Shown here: positions 20,148-28,886 of the stretch, in pieces | Layout of the letters: each line of letters opens with the position of its first letter | Numbering within the stretch: the first letter of the stretch is position 1 | DNA from: a virus | DNA length: 64,000 nt | IMG/VR virus record: IMGVR_UViG_3300047494_000112 | Span: 1-64,000 of that record | Strand: one strand, 5' to 3' | Program-made: the position numbers and the translations under genes | Notes under the pieces: model-generated | Told to the model about the DNA's origin: nothing | Database searches by the model: none | The model's input: only the letters and a program-made list of their open reading frames with translations

Positions 20148-21266
20148 TTACAATTTAGCCGGATTAATCGGCTTTACCTTATTCACAGGTTTTTTAGGAG
20201 GCGTGGGCATTTTTGGTTTAGTAGGGGCTTTGGCTAGCTTTTTTGTAGGAGCCGGCTTAGGTGTAGGCTTGACTGTAGAGGGCGGCTTTGCTTTAGGCTT
20301 GGCACCTGGGCTAGTTTTTACAGGTTTAGGAGCTGAAGCAGCTTTTGGCGCAGTCTTTGGCTTAGGTACATTGGGCGGAGTCACCTGAGTAGCTTGAGGT
20401 GGTGCTGATTTTTCAGATACAGCTTTCTTGATCCAACCTTGAGCCATTTTTGCATGATGATTTGCATCTGCAATATGACTTGATTTTGTTTCAGGTGTTA
20501 CTGCCTGAGTAGCTTGACCTGCATGATAATCAGCTTGTTGTTGGTGCATCTTTGCTAAATCATTTGCAGGTAAAGGCAATCTAGGGTTACCTCTCATCCA
20601 TGATTGAGAAATTGGCTTATTAGGTTTGGCCTTAACAAACCTGTTTCTAACATGAGGTGACAAGCCTTTCCAAAGTTTTGCCATGCTTTTTCCTACAGCT
20701 CTAGCAGGAGTGCCTAAATTAGAGTTGTAGTTGTCAGCAATTTTTGCAACTTTTTGACCAGCCTTGAAAGCTTTAGACGGGCCTGTTGGTCCCGGACCAG
20801 CTAAATTTGTTGAGGGAAGTGTTGAAGGAGAATGTTGAGGACTAGAGCTAGGTCCACTAGCTGGAGCATTTTGTGGAAAAGGTTTTGAGCTCCAAGAAGG
20901 GGTAGACGAACTAGGAGGGGTGTAAGGTTGCTTGGTAGGCATAGCTGGTTTCACTATACTAGGTTTATTAGAGGGAGCAGATCTTTCAAAATGCTGTGCT
21001 AATTGTTTGTGCTTTTCAGCCAGCTTACCATGCTTGTTAGCTTCTTTTTTAGCAGCAATTCTTTCTTGTTTTGTGTCAGCAAGTCTAGCCATTTGAGAAT
21101 GATACTTTGCAAGCTCATGATGGTGCTGACCTGCGTAGGAATGCAGGTCAGCCATATCATCATGAGTCATACCTCTATCAAGCTTCTTTGAAAATTTTGG
21201 GTCTCCGCCCAATCCAAAGAGAGCTGTTACTTGCTGGTTGTAACCTGCGTTAACTTCTGACATCAA
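20148..21266 (-). CDS. Basic Pro/Lys-rich protein with two His-heptad helical segments
   Basis: HGKLAEKHKQLAQH and HQQQADYH motifs; histone-H1-like PKAKPKP tail; lies between sheath and tube. Confidence 0.75.
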   Translation of the reverse strand: MMSEVNAGYNQQVTALFGLGGDPKFSKKLDRGMTHDDMADLHSYAGQHHHELAKYHSQMARLADTKQERIAAKKEANKHGKLAEKHKQLAQHFERSAPSNKPSIVKPAMPTKQPYTPPSSSTPSWSSKPFPQNAPASGPSSSPQHSPSTLPSTNLAGPGPTGPSKAFKAGQKVAKIADNYNSNLGTPARAVGKSMAKLWKGLSPHVRNRFVKAKPNKPISQSWMRGNPRLPLPANDLAKMHQQQADYHAGQATQAVTPETKSSHIADANHHAKMAQGWIKKAVSEKSAPPQATQVTPPNVPKPKTAPKAASAPKPVKTSPGAKPKAKPPSTVKPTPKPAPTKKLAKAPTKPKMPTPPKKPVNKVKPINPAKL

Positions 21267-21275
21267 TCAGCTTCC

Positions 21276-23612
21276 TTAAAAAATTCCGTTACTGATAAGT
21301 TCCTGGAAACTTATCGAGTTTGGCGTTACGACAGTCTTTAGAGCTATTACTCTAGCTGGTACGACAGGTACGATATAAACTGTGATATTTAACGTACCTG
21401 AGTCTATTGAAGCTGCCGTGTTATTAATCGAATTGCAAAGAACGTAGAAATTACTAATGCCTTGCTGATTTAAAATGGGCTGCAAGAAATTATTAATTGA
21501 CTGCGTAATCAAAAATTCAGTTTGAGACGTAATGTTATCAAACAAATAAGTTTGGCAAGCTTGAATAATGCTCTGTTCAAGGTACAAGAAAGTCCTACGA
21601 ATAGAAACATATGACAGTAACGACATGGGTGTGCTAAGAGTCAACACATCCCAAATGACATTACCTGATCCATTACGTGCCGCCTTGATTGTATTAATGT
21701 TGTACGGCGCCATGGCTTGTCTGTCACCAGGACTATATGTAATATACAAGCCAACAACGTTGTTAAGGACGCCACGCACCGGACCAGCAGCAGAAAACCA
21801 AACTGCATAGTTTTGATCGGTGTAAGCATATTGCGAGGCAATGTAGCCTGAAGGAGGAACATATATTAGCTGATTGTTTGCAGTATCTAATACTTGCAAA
21901 TCAGGAGTGTAAATTGCCGCATAAGAAGAATTGACACCCAAAGTGGTCCCAACATAGGTTGTAGCTGCTGTCGTAGCTTGTAGGTTTGGAGGCATATCCA
22001 AAATGGCAAAGCAGTCCTGGCGAGTAGAAGCCAAATATACCATTTCTTGCTGAACTACAACATCGGTATAGCCACCATTGATTAAGATATCAATCTTGTA
22101 CGCATCAGTTGATAAAAATTGTTGCCAACCAGCCACAATTTCAGCATCAGTTGGCTGAACACCATCTTGACCGCCACCTAAGAACGTAATAGGTGAAGAG
22201 TTACTGGTAACATTGCCAGTCAAGTAGCTAGTTGAAACATTACCAGCAGAATTAGTCGTACCACCAGAATTGGCATATACTACTCTAATATAATTGCTGG
22301 GTGAACCTCTAGTTCCTACATTTACAACCTGTTCAATAAATTGTTGATAGCCAAACCCATCAGTTTGTTGAGCCAAAGAAACTTGAAAGGTCTCTACAGG
22401 AGTAGTGGACCCAGCCAAATACACGTTCAAAGTAAAGTAATTGTAGGTAGAATTTGCGTTGTTGCCTGTGGTAATAGCTAAGACAGTAGAGGTAGTTGTA
22501 TCAGTAGCTGTAAAAGCAGTATTACCTACAGTCCATTTATTACCGTAAGCAGGAGCATACAATAAAATTGACAGCAAGTTCCCGCTTGGCGAAACTGAAT
22601 AAACGCCGGTTGAAATTCCGCCAAAAACAGTAGATACTTTGTTAATTAAAGCTTGAGCTGCTGCACTTGCTGAAGACCCGGAAGCTGAAATTACTTCAAT
22701 ATTGCCGTTATAGTTGATACTACCTGAGATACTCATTCCATCTGAAAGAGTAGAATAAGTAATTAACAAGGAAATTTGAGGCGGAGAAGCTGTGTTAGCG
22801 TTAGTAATGTTAAAACCAATGCTATTACCAAAAGACCCTGGATCTTTTGCGTAAACTTGAAATAAATCAGTCTTTTGTTGAGCTAGATACGAAGAAGAAT
22901 TTGTGATGCTAGCAACAAACGAAACATATTGAGCATTAGCAACAGAGTAATTTACTAAAATTTGAATCGTAGTACAAGTATTTGAATTTGTTGCATTGAT
23001 GGCCGAAACAGTTGCTGGCACACCTGCGTTATTTAACGCAGTAGCTAAAGCATTAGCTGTTGCTACCATAGTAGCATCACTACTACCTGAATATGTCACT
23101 GGAGCTACAGTTAGAGGTAAGGCAGCTGAGCCTGAAGCATTAGGGACATTAGCTGACCAATTTACAATTGCTCCTGAAGCCAAAGGAGCATTTAAATAAA
23201 AGGTATAGGTCAATAATTCGTTATTTGACGCAACATTTGCATTTGAATAAGACAAATTCAAATTTGGAGCAGGTAAGGAATAGGTATAATTATTGTTACC
23301 TAAAGGATTAGAGCCGTTAAAGACATCGGCACTAGCATAGCAACAAGTTGACCCGTCTATTACTCTATTTGCCCATAATTGATTAGCGTTTGATAGAAAC
23401 GCTTGACCTGATACACCAAAATATCCCCAAGTAGTATCCATAGGCCCATACTGTGTGGACCACTGATTACCAGAAGTTACTAAATTAGGACCAACAGGAC
23501 CACGCTTGTAGCCACCTACCAATGCGCCAATTGTTGTGGCTACACCTCCAGTAAGCTGTGAGACATTAATTTCTTGAAGCGTAATTCCTGCCGCTGTAGC
23601 TGCACCGCTCAT
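21276..23612 (-). CDS. Tail sheath protein
   Basis: GALVGGYKRGPV N-terminus; RQDCFAILDMP, YVPPSG, WFSAAG and SIRRTFLYLE C-terminal sheath motifs. Confidence 0.95.
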   Translation of the reverse strand: MSGAATAAGITLQEINVSQLTGGVATTIGALVGGYKRGPVGPNLVTSGNQWSTQYGPMDTTWGYFGVSGQAFLSNANQLWANRVIDGSTCCYASADVFNGSNPLGNNNYTYSLPAPNLNLSYSNANVASNNELLTYTFYLNAPLASGAIVNWSANVPNASGSAALPLTVAPVTYSGSSDATMVATANALATALNNAGVPATVSAINATNSNTCTTIQILVNYSVANAQYVSFVASITNSSSYLAQQKTDLFQVYAKDPGSFGNSIGFNITNANTASPPQISLLITYSTLSDGMSISGSINYNGNIEVISASGSSASAAAQALINKVSTVFGGISTGVYSVSPSGNLLSILLYAPAYGNKWTVGNTAFTATDTTTSTVLAITTGNNANSTYNYFTLNVYLAGSTTPVETFQVSLAQQTDGFGYQQFIEQVVNVGTRGSPSNYIRVVYANSGGTTNSAGNVSTSYLTGNVTSNSSPITFLGGGQDGVQPTDAEIVAGWQQFLSTDAYKIDILINGGYTDVVVQQEMVYLASTRQDCFAILDMPPNLQATTAATTYVGTTLGVNSSYAAIYTPDLQVLDTANNQLIYVPPSGYIASQYAYTDQNYAVWFSAAGPVRGVLNNVVGLYITYSPGDRQAMAPYNINTIKAARNGSGNVIWDVLTLSTPMSLLSYVSIRRTFLYLEQSIIQACQTYLFDNITSQTEFLITQSINNFLQPILNQQGISNFYVLCNSINNTAASIDSGTLNITVYIVPVVPARVIALKTVVTPNSISFQELISNGIF

Positions 23613-23623
23613 GTATGTTCTCC

Positions 23624-23782
23624 TTAAACGGACAGAATGCGAACGGCTCTAGGCAAGCTAGTAGCAAAGTCAGCATCAATTTGTGTGGTAGCTTTAGGAT
23701 AGATTGTAATCGTCTTTCCCTCCGGTGTGGTGATGGGCTGAGGTCTATCAGAGGTATTTTTTACAGTAATAACATTATCCAT
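23624..23782 (-). CDS. Small 52-aa protein preceding the sheath (not in the ORF track)
   Basis: MDNVITVKNTSDRPQPITTPEGKTITIYPKATTQIDADFATSLPRAVRILSV*; AAGGA RBS; its stop overlaps the sheath RBS. Confidence 0.65.
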   Translation of the reverse strand: MDNVITVKNTSDRPQPITTPEGKTITIYPKATTQIDADFATSLPRAVRILSV

Positions 23783-23795
23783 AAATTTTTCCTTT

Positions 23796-24191
23796 TTAGG
23801 ATACAGTAGCTACTTGAACAGTGGCTACAGAGCTTGTAGGGTTATATAGCTGAATACCTGAAGCTGAATAAGACCCTGAAAAAACAAAAATATAGCCAGA
23901 AGCTGTCGAAGTGCCAGGATTTGAAACCAAGTTGGTTATATCAGGAGTACAGGTAATATTTAGTATTGTATCAGATATAATACCGATCAATTGATAAGCA
24001 AAAACTATTTGAGATCCGCTAGGTTCAATTGATAAAGTGGTTACATCTTGATTGTTGATTACAGGAATACCTACAGTTTGATTTGCTCTAACATTTCTAA
24101 AGTTTAGTCCTGTAGTTATAAACTGTAACGCTACAGTGAAGGTTGTATTGATGTTAGGATTAATTGTTGGTAGAGATACTGTATCGCTCAT
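23796..24191 (-). CDS. Hypothetical virion protein (beta-rich)
   Basis: 131 aa, ATGA-coupled to the upstream gene, in the neck/tail region. Confidence 0.6.
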   Translation of the reverse strand: MSDTVSLPTINPNINTTFTVALQFITTGLNFRNVRANQTVGIPVINNQDVTTLSIEPSGSQIVFAYQLIGIISDTILNITCTPDITNLVSNPGTSTASGYIFVFSGSYSASGIQLYNPTSSVATVQVATVS

Positions 24192-24880
24192 GCTGAACCT
24201 TTTGGTCGGTTTATAGTAGTGGTTGCAATTGGAATAGAGTCATTTGTTGCTTGGTCATACGCATCAATATTAACATTGACCTTTGTTATAGCTTGCTGCA
24301 ACTCTAATACTCCTACATACGCATAAAATGTTAGCTGAGCTTGCATCACAAACAAATTACCCATTTCCGTAAATTCTTCTTCTGGAATAGACAAGTCAGT
24401 ATTAAATTTGACTTTGATTGGCAAATTATACTGTGTAGTCTTTAAGGCAAACTGTACATCTCTTTCACGAAAAATCCAACGCTGAGCAAAATATGCAATA
24501 TCAGAAAACGTTTGAGCAGTTACTCTAACAGTCATATCCACTGCTGTAGGTCTACAATGCAGAACAACGTTGCTAGGTGTGGCTGTATTAGAGTTCAATT
24601 GACCCATGTAGAAGCCATTATACATGGCTTGATCGTTATAACCTTCCTCGGAAGGTCGGATTGTGTTAACAATAATTGCAATAAAGGGCATATCCACTAG
24701 TTTGTAGTTTTTTGCCACTTCGCGAAAATCTTGATTGCCGGCAACATGAACAACTTTCCAAGGAGGTTTGCCATATTCAGCCGCTGCATTACCCAATAAT
24801 GATTTTAGAGAAGATATACAGTTTTCTAAAACCTTCAATTCGGTAACACGAGCTTGAGTAATATCAAAAACTTGGGTCAT
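24188..24880 (-). CDS. Putative tail terminator / neck protein
   Basis: 230 aa; position before the sheath; PFIAI...PTAVDMTVRV...AQRW pattern typical of tail-completion proteins. Confidence 0.5.
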   Translation of the reverse strand: MTQVFDITQARVTELKVLENCISSLKSLLGNAAAEYGKPPWKVVHVAGNQDFREVAKNYKLVDMPFIAIIVNTIRPSEEGYNDQAMYNGFYMGQLNSNTATPSNVVLHCRPTAVDMTVRVTAQTFSDIAYFAQRWIFRERDVQFALKTTQYNLPIKVKFNTDLSIPEEEFTEMGNLFVMQAQLTFYAYVGVLELQQAITKVNVNIDAYDQATNDSIPIATTTINRPKGSA

Positions 24881-24894
24881 GTCTTACCTTAAAT

Positions 24895-24942
24895 AAAAAA
24901 GGGTCGCGAACGAGTACACGTCGTACCGCTTGCGACCCTTTT
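24895..24942 (-). terminator. Long rho-independent terminator hairpin
   Basis: GGGTCGC...GCGACCC outer stem with an inner GTAC/GTAC stem, followed by TTTTTTATTT on the minus strand. Confidence 0.7.
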
Positions 24943-25015
24943 CGCCCTACAATATAAATTATGTGTTTGTTGCTGAAATATGGTGCAACGGTTTTAAAAT
25001 GTAAGCTAGGGCAAA

Positions 25016-25414
25016 TTAATATACTGTTTTTTGAAACTCATGATTTTTCTGTAAAGCTTTGGCCATATTTTCATGCGCTTTCGCCAAGTCTTCATGTGCT
25101 TTTTTATTACTTGTGTACATTCTAGCCATTGTTTTATTCATTGCTGCACTTGCCATGTGGTGGGAGTGCAACTGATCATGAATATCTTGGCTTGAAATAC
25201 CAGATTTGTTCTGTGAGGGTTTACCTTTTGAACCCGACATATCGTAATCACGCATATATTTTCTGTAGGTTTCACCGTCTAAAATGTCACCTGTGTGAAT
25301 ATGATAATTAGGATTTTGCTGATCAGAAGATCGAACCAAAACAGCTTTAATGTCTGAGTACAATTTAGAAGTAACAGGAATTGTAATTGTTTTGTCTTTG
25401 ATAGTAATTTTCAT
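25016..25414 (-). CDS. His-heptad small protein with shared MKITIKDK leader
   Basis: HEDLAKAHENMAKAL; the N-terminal 25 codons are near-identical to the gene at 26662-26922. Confidence 0.75.
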   Translation of the reverse strand: MKITIKDKTITIPVTSKLYSDIKAVLVRSSDQQNPNYHIHTGDILDGETYRKYMRDYDMSGSKGKPSQNKSGISSQDIHDQLHSHHMASAAMNKTMARMYTSNKKAHEDLAKAHENMAKALQKNHEFQKTVY

Positions 25415-25423
25415 TTTACTACC

Positions 25424-26653
25424 TCAAGCAGTTATATTGTGGCGTAGGCAGTAAATGTTAATGAAGGCATTCAGTTTAGCTTTAGTAGCTTCGTCGTTCT
25501 TGCTTGATAGAATATTGATAGCTGCTCTAATACGGGGATCCGTAATTTTTGCAATAATAGATTGTGAAGGATTCAATGTAGGAATTAAACCCATTTGAGA
25601 ATCCAAAGCTGCGGTATCAGATTCATTTTTAGGGTTACCTGAAACTGTATTATCAATGCCATTCAAATCAGTCATGCCAGGATTAACAGCGGCCATGTCA
25701 TCAAAATCCATATTCATTGGATCAGAACGAGTAGGCATATCGTTGTTCAAATCCCAGTTGGCAGGATTCCAATCAACACCTTCAGCAGGATCAGTTGTAA
25801 TATTGCTAAGCTGATTATCGTCCATGCTAGGCACCATGTCATCAACCGCATCAGACAAGACATAATTGTTAGGGAACGAAATATCATCTAAATCAGAAGA
25901 TCCATAATCTTCATCGCCTAAATCTTCGTCCAAATTGATCATGTTGCCATCAGCAATTACTAAATCATTTGGATCTTTAAAAGCATCTTCATCAAAGACA
26001 CCTGACAAAACATTCTTTAGAACTTGAATAGAATCTGGTGGCATACCTTGGTTCAAGAAATCATAGGTAGCGTAATCAGCATAAGGAGCCTCAGCTCCTT
26101 TGTCGGTCAAATCTTGATCTTGCATTGAGTCAATTTCGGCTGCAGGATTTCCAACCAAAGCATCATTACTTGCATCTGCAGGAGCAACGCTGACGGGATC
26201 AACAGGATCGCCATAGACTTGATTATCGACATTATTGTCATCATGATCGTCAGTAATTTCAGAGTCATCATCTTCACCCTTGTTTACTCTTGATAATACA
26301 ACATCAAGATCAGATGGATCAGTCTCTTCGTTTAGCTCTGACAAAGAAGTCATTAGAGCAATGCAGTCAGGCTGTTCAAAGGCAAACATTGCCATACGCA
26401 AAGCGTTTGTCTTATCACCAGCCAAATACATGGAATGAGCGCAAGCCAAACCATCAGCTGCGACACATAATTTAGGGGCAATTTCGGACGCTGTAATCGT
26501 AACAGCGGAAGAATTTTGTGCAGATACTGTCGTTGAAACCAGTTCATGCAATTTACGAGGTAAAGTACGGCAATCAGTTTCAGGCGACTGATCTTCAATT
26601 GCCGCAATGATTAGTTTAGAAGCTTGTGTAATTGCTTTGTTTAGATCAGTCAT
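25424..26653 (-). CDS. Acidic (Asp-rich) putative head protein
   Basis: 409 aa, strongly D-rich, directly downstream of the capsid gene cluster. Confidence 0.65.
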   Translation of the reverse strand: MTDLNKAITQASKLIIAAIEDQSPETDCRTLPRKLHELVSTTVSAQNSSAVTITASEIAPKLCVAADGLACAHSMYLAGDKTNALRMAMFAFEQPDCIALMTSLSELNEETDPSDLDVVLSRVNKGEDDDSEITDDHDDNNVDNQVYGDPVDPVSVAPADASNDALVGNPAAEIDSMQDQDLTDKGAEAPYADYATYDFLNQGMPPDSIQVLKNVLSGVFDEDAFKDPNDLVIADGNMINLDEDLGDEDYGSSDLDDISFPNNYVLSDAVDDMVPSMDDNQLSNITTDPAEGVDWNPANWDLNNDMPTRSDPMNMDFDDMAAVNPGMTDLNGIDNTVSGNPKNESDTAALDSQMGLIPTLNPSQSIIAKITDPRIRAAINILSSKNDEATKAKLNAFINIYCLRHNITA

Positions 26654-26661
26654 TGTACACC

Positions 26662-26922
26662 TTATTTTTTGACGCCCATTGCTTTTTTGTATTTAGCATC
26701 GTGTTCCATAGCACATTGTTTGTGCATAGGTTTCATTTCTGCATCACAAGTCTTGCATTCACCTTTGTGATACTCTCTCATCATGCGATGAAATTTTGCA
26801 GCAGGTGGTGAGTTCTTTGTTAGCTTAGGAGCAGCAGCTTCAATCAAGACAGCTTTAATACCAGCATGAAGCTTGCTAGTAACAGGAATTGTAATTGTCT
26901 TGTCTTTGATAGTAATTTTCAT
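26662..26922 (-). CDS. His-heptad small protein with shared MKITIKDK leader and CxxC
   Basis: True start is probably the ATG at 26922 (GGAG RBS); FHRMMREYHKGECKTC...HKQCAMEH. Confidence 0.75.
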   Translation of the reverse strand: MKITIKDKTITIPVTSKLHAGIKAVLIEAAAPKLTKNSPPAAKFHRMMREYHKGECKTCDAEMKPMHKQCAMEHDAKYKKAMGVKK

Positions 26923-26934
26923 GGTCAACTCCAA

Positions 26935-26966
26935 AAGGTTGGTGGAGCAGTTTCCCGCCCCACCAA
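26935..26966 (-). terminator. GNRA-capped hairpin after the major capsid gene
   Basis: TTGGTGGGGCGG-GAAA-CTGCTCCACCAA followed by CCTTTT. Confidence 0.65.
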
Positions 26967-26976
26967 GTTAACCTTA

Positions 26977-28095
26977 TTAGGTAGTAGCGTTGGCGTAAAC
27001 GATACCACGAGAGTTGGCAACTGTCATTGACATTGTCTCATGCAAGTGCCAGCCACGAGCCGGAACACCATGACCTGAAGAAGAAGCATTCACTTCATTT
27101 GCAACTACAGGACCACGATCGGTGTAAGCACCAAGGAACTCAGGCGAAGTGAGCAAGTAAATGTCACCAGCGTTAAGCACCTTTTGCTGAGGAACGCGAT
27201 AAGCATCCGTAACCAGAGAGATGCCCAAAATACGGCCAATGTAGCCGGTCTGAACAACCTCGTACTGCGTTACTGGATCATAGAACGTGCCGAACGTTGT
27301 ATTGGTTGTGATAGAATTCAGAATGTTAGATGCAAAGAACAGCAGCGTAGCTGGCAGGTTCCATTGCAGCAATTCAGAACGCATCAAACCAAGGTTCTGC
27401 GGAGTAAAGCCACCAACAATTGTCAGCGGAGAGTTTGAAGCCCCAACCTGAGCCTGGAAGAGGTTAATCATGATTGCGTCTTCACGAGTCATGATTGCTT
27501 CCTGGCCTTCCATCAGTTTCTCTTCAAGAATGTCACCAGGTGATTGATAGATTTCTCTTTCTTCAACCCACAGATGAGACTCAATGTAGAACTCAGGAGG
27601 CAACAGGTACTTGTTACGAACAAGCGTAGGCTGAATTGCAGCAGCAGAAGAAGCCTGCCAAGCAAACGAAGTCTTGTACGCAAAAGGAATACGAGGAATG
27701 CTACCCTGAACAACGTCAGCGCGCATGAGGGCACGGCGCATTAAGCCTTCACGGTTAGCAGTTTCGTACAGCTCAGTACCGATTGACTGACCAATTTCCA
27801 TCCAAGCGCGGCTGTCACCAGCTTTAGTTTGATTGTAAGCGGCTGTAAGAGCCTGATGAGACTCAGCAGCAGTCAGAGTATGCTGAGGAGAAGCAGCGTT
27901 AGCTTCCTCCAAAGACATGACCTGACCATTAGACATTGCAGTAAGAAGCTCACCGACAGCGCGGAGAGCGTCATTACGATCTGAAGCATTGATCTCGCCG
28001 CCGCGGCCGACCAGCTTTTCTTTAGAGCCAGCACGGTTGATTTCCGTGGCGTGTAGTTTAGATCTACGCAACTTGATAGGTGTAATCGCGTTCAT
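26977..28095 (-). CDS. Major capsid protein (HK97 fold)
   Basis: 372 aa with highly biased codon usage; follows scaffold and decoration genes; GEINASD...REGLMRRAL...EAIMTREDA...GRILGISLVTDAYR pattern. Confidence 0.85.
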   Translation of the reverse strand: MNAITPIKLRRSKLHATEINRAGSKEKLVGRGGEINASDRNDALRAVGELLTAMSNGQVMSLEEANAASPQHTLTAAESHQALTAAYNQTKAGDSRAWMEIGQSIGTELYETANREGLMRRALMRADVVQGSIPRIPFAYKTSFAWQASSAAAIQPTLVRNKYLLPPEFYIESHLWVEEREIYQSPGDILEEKLMEGQEAIMTREDAIMINLFQAQVGASNSPLTIVGGFTPQNLGLMRSELLQWNLPATLLFFASNILNSITTNTTFGTFYDPVTQYEVVQTGYIGRILGISLVTDAYRVPQQKVLNAGDIYLLTSPEFLGAYTDRGPVVANEVNASSSGHGVPARGWHLHETMSMTVANSRGIVYANATT

Positions 28096-28122
28096 TGAAA
28101 ATATTCTCCTTATACCAATAGA

Positions 28123-28851
28123 TTATTTGAAATAGATGCCAAGGAACGGAATGTCCTGAGTTGGGATCTGATATACAGTGCCAGTTACCGCAGCGCCTGA
28201 ACCGCCAGTTGTGTACAAACCACCGGCTGCGCCAGTAATATTTGTAACGTTACCCGCACCCCAATACACTGAGGTATTAAAGTCTGAGGTAAATACGATA
28301 CCACGTTCAATGGAACCAACCGTGCCAGTAACAGTTGAAGGTGAGTAACCACCGGCAACACCGTCACCAACAAAGATTTCAGCTTGCTGAACAGTCAAAG
28401 CATAGCGATAAGTAACAACTACAGTTTGGCCAGCGTTAGCAGCATTAAACGTCAACGTTTGATTGTTGGTGCCACCAATTGTGTACTGCGCCGAAGTAGG
28501 AGCAGAACCTACCTGAGTCAACTGAGCGCCAGAAAGGACAACAGATACCGTTGTGGTAGCAGTAGGAACCTGGGTCAAAGTTACTGTAGGAACAGTTGAG
28601 CCAACAACAAGAGTGTCAACCCAAACGCCAGTTGAAGGGCGAGTGAAGACGTTCAAAGCACAACCAGCATAAAATGCTGAGGTGCCTGAAGTAGGCTGAA
28701 CAACGTTACCAGCACCAACAGGTGAGCCAGTGTTAGCTTGAGTTGTACCCATTACAAACTCAAGTGCAGTGCCTTCATCAAAAGCAGCAGCGTTTACATA
28801 CAGCGGCAACTCCTGAGAAAGAAGGATTTTAGTAAGGGAAAGTTCCAACAT
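28123..28851 (-). CDS. Capsid decoration/cement protein
   Basis: 242 aa, G/T/A-rich, directly upstream of the MCP; FYAGCAL and C-terminal PFLGIYF. Confidence 0.6.
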   Translation of the reverse strand: MLELSLTKILLSQELPLYVNAAAFDEGTALEFVMGTTQANTGSPVGAGNVVQPTSGTSAFYAGCALNVFTRPSTGVWVDTLVVGSTVPTVTLTQVPTATTTVSVVLSGAQLTQVGSAPTSAQYTIGGTNNQTLTFNAANAGQTVVVTYRYALTVQQAEIFVGDGVAGGYSPSTVTGTVGSIERGIVFTSDFNTSVYWGAGNVTNITGAAGGLYTTGGSGAAVTGTVYQIPTQDIPFLGIYFK

Positions 28852-28886
28852 TTCTTAAATTTCTCCTGAATAATAATCTGAAATAA

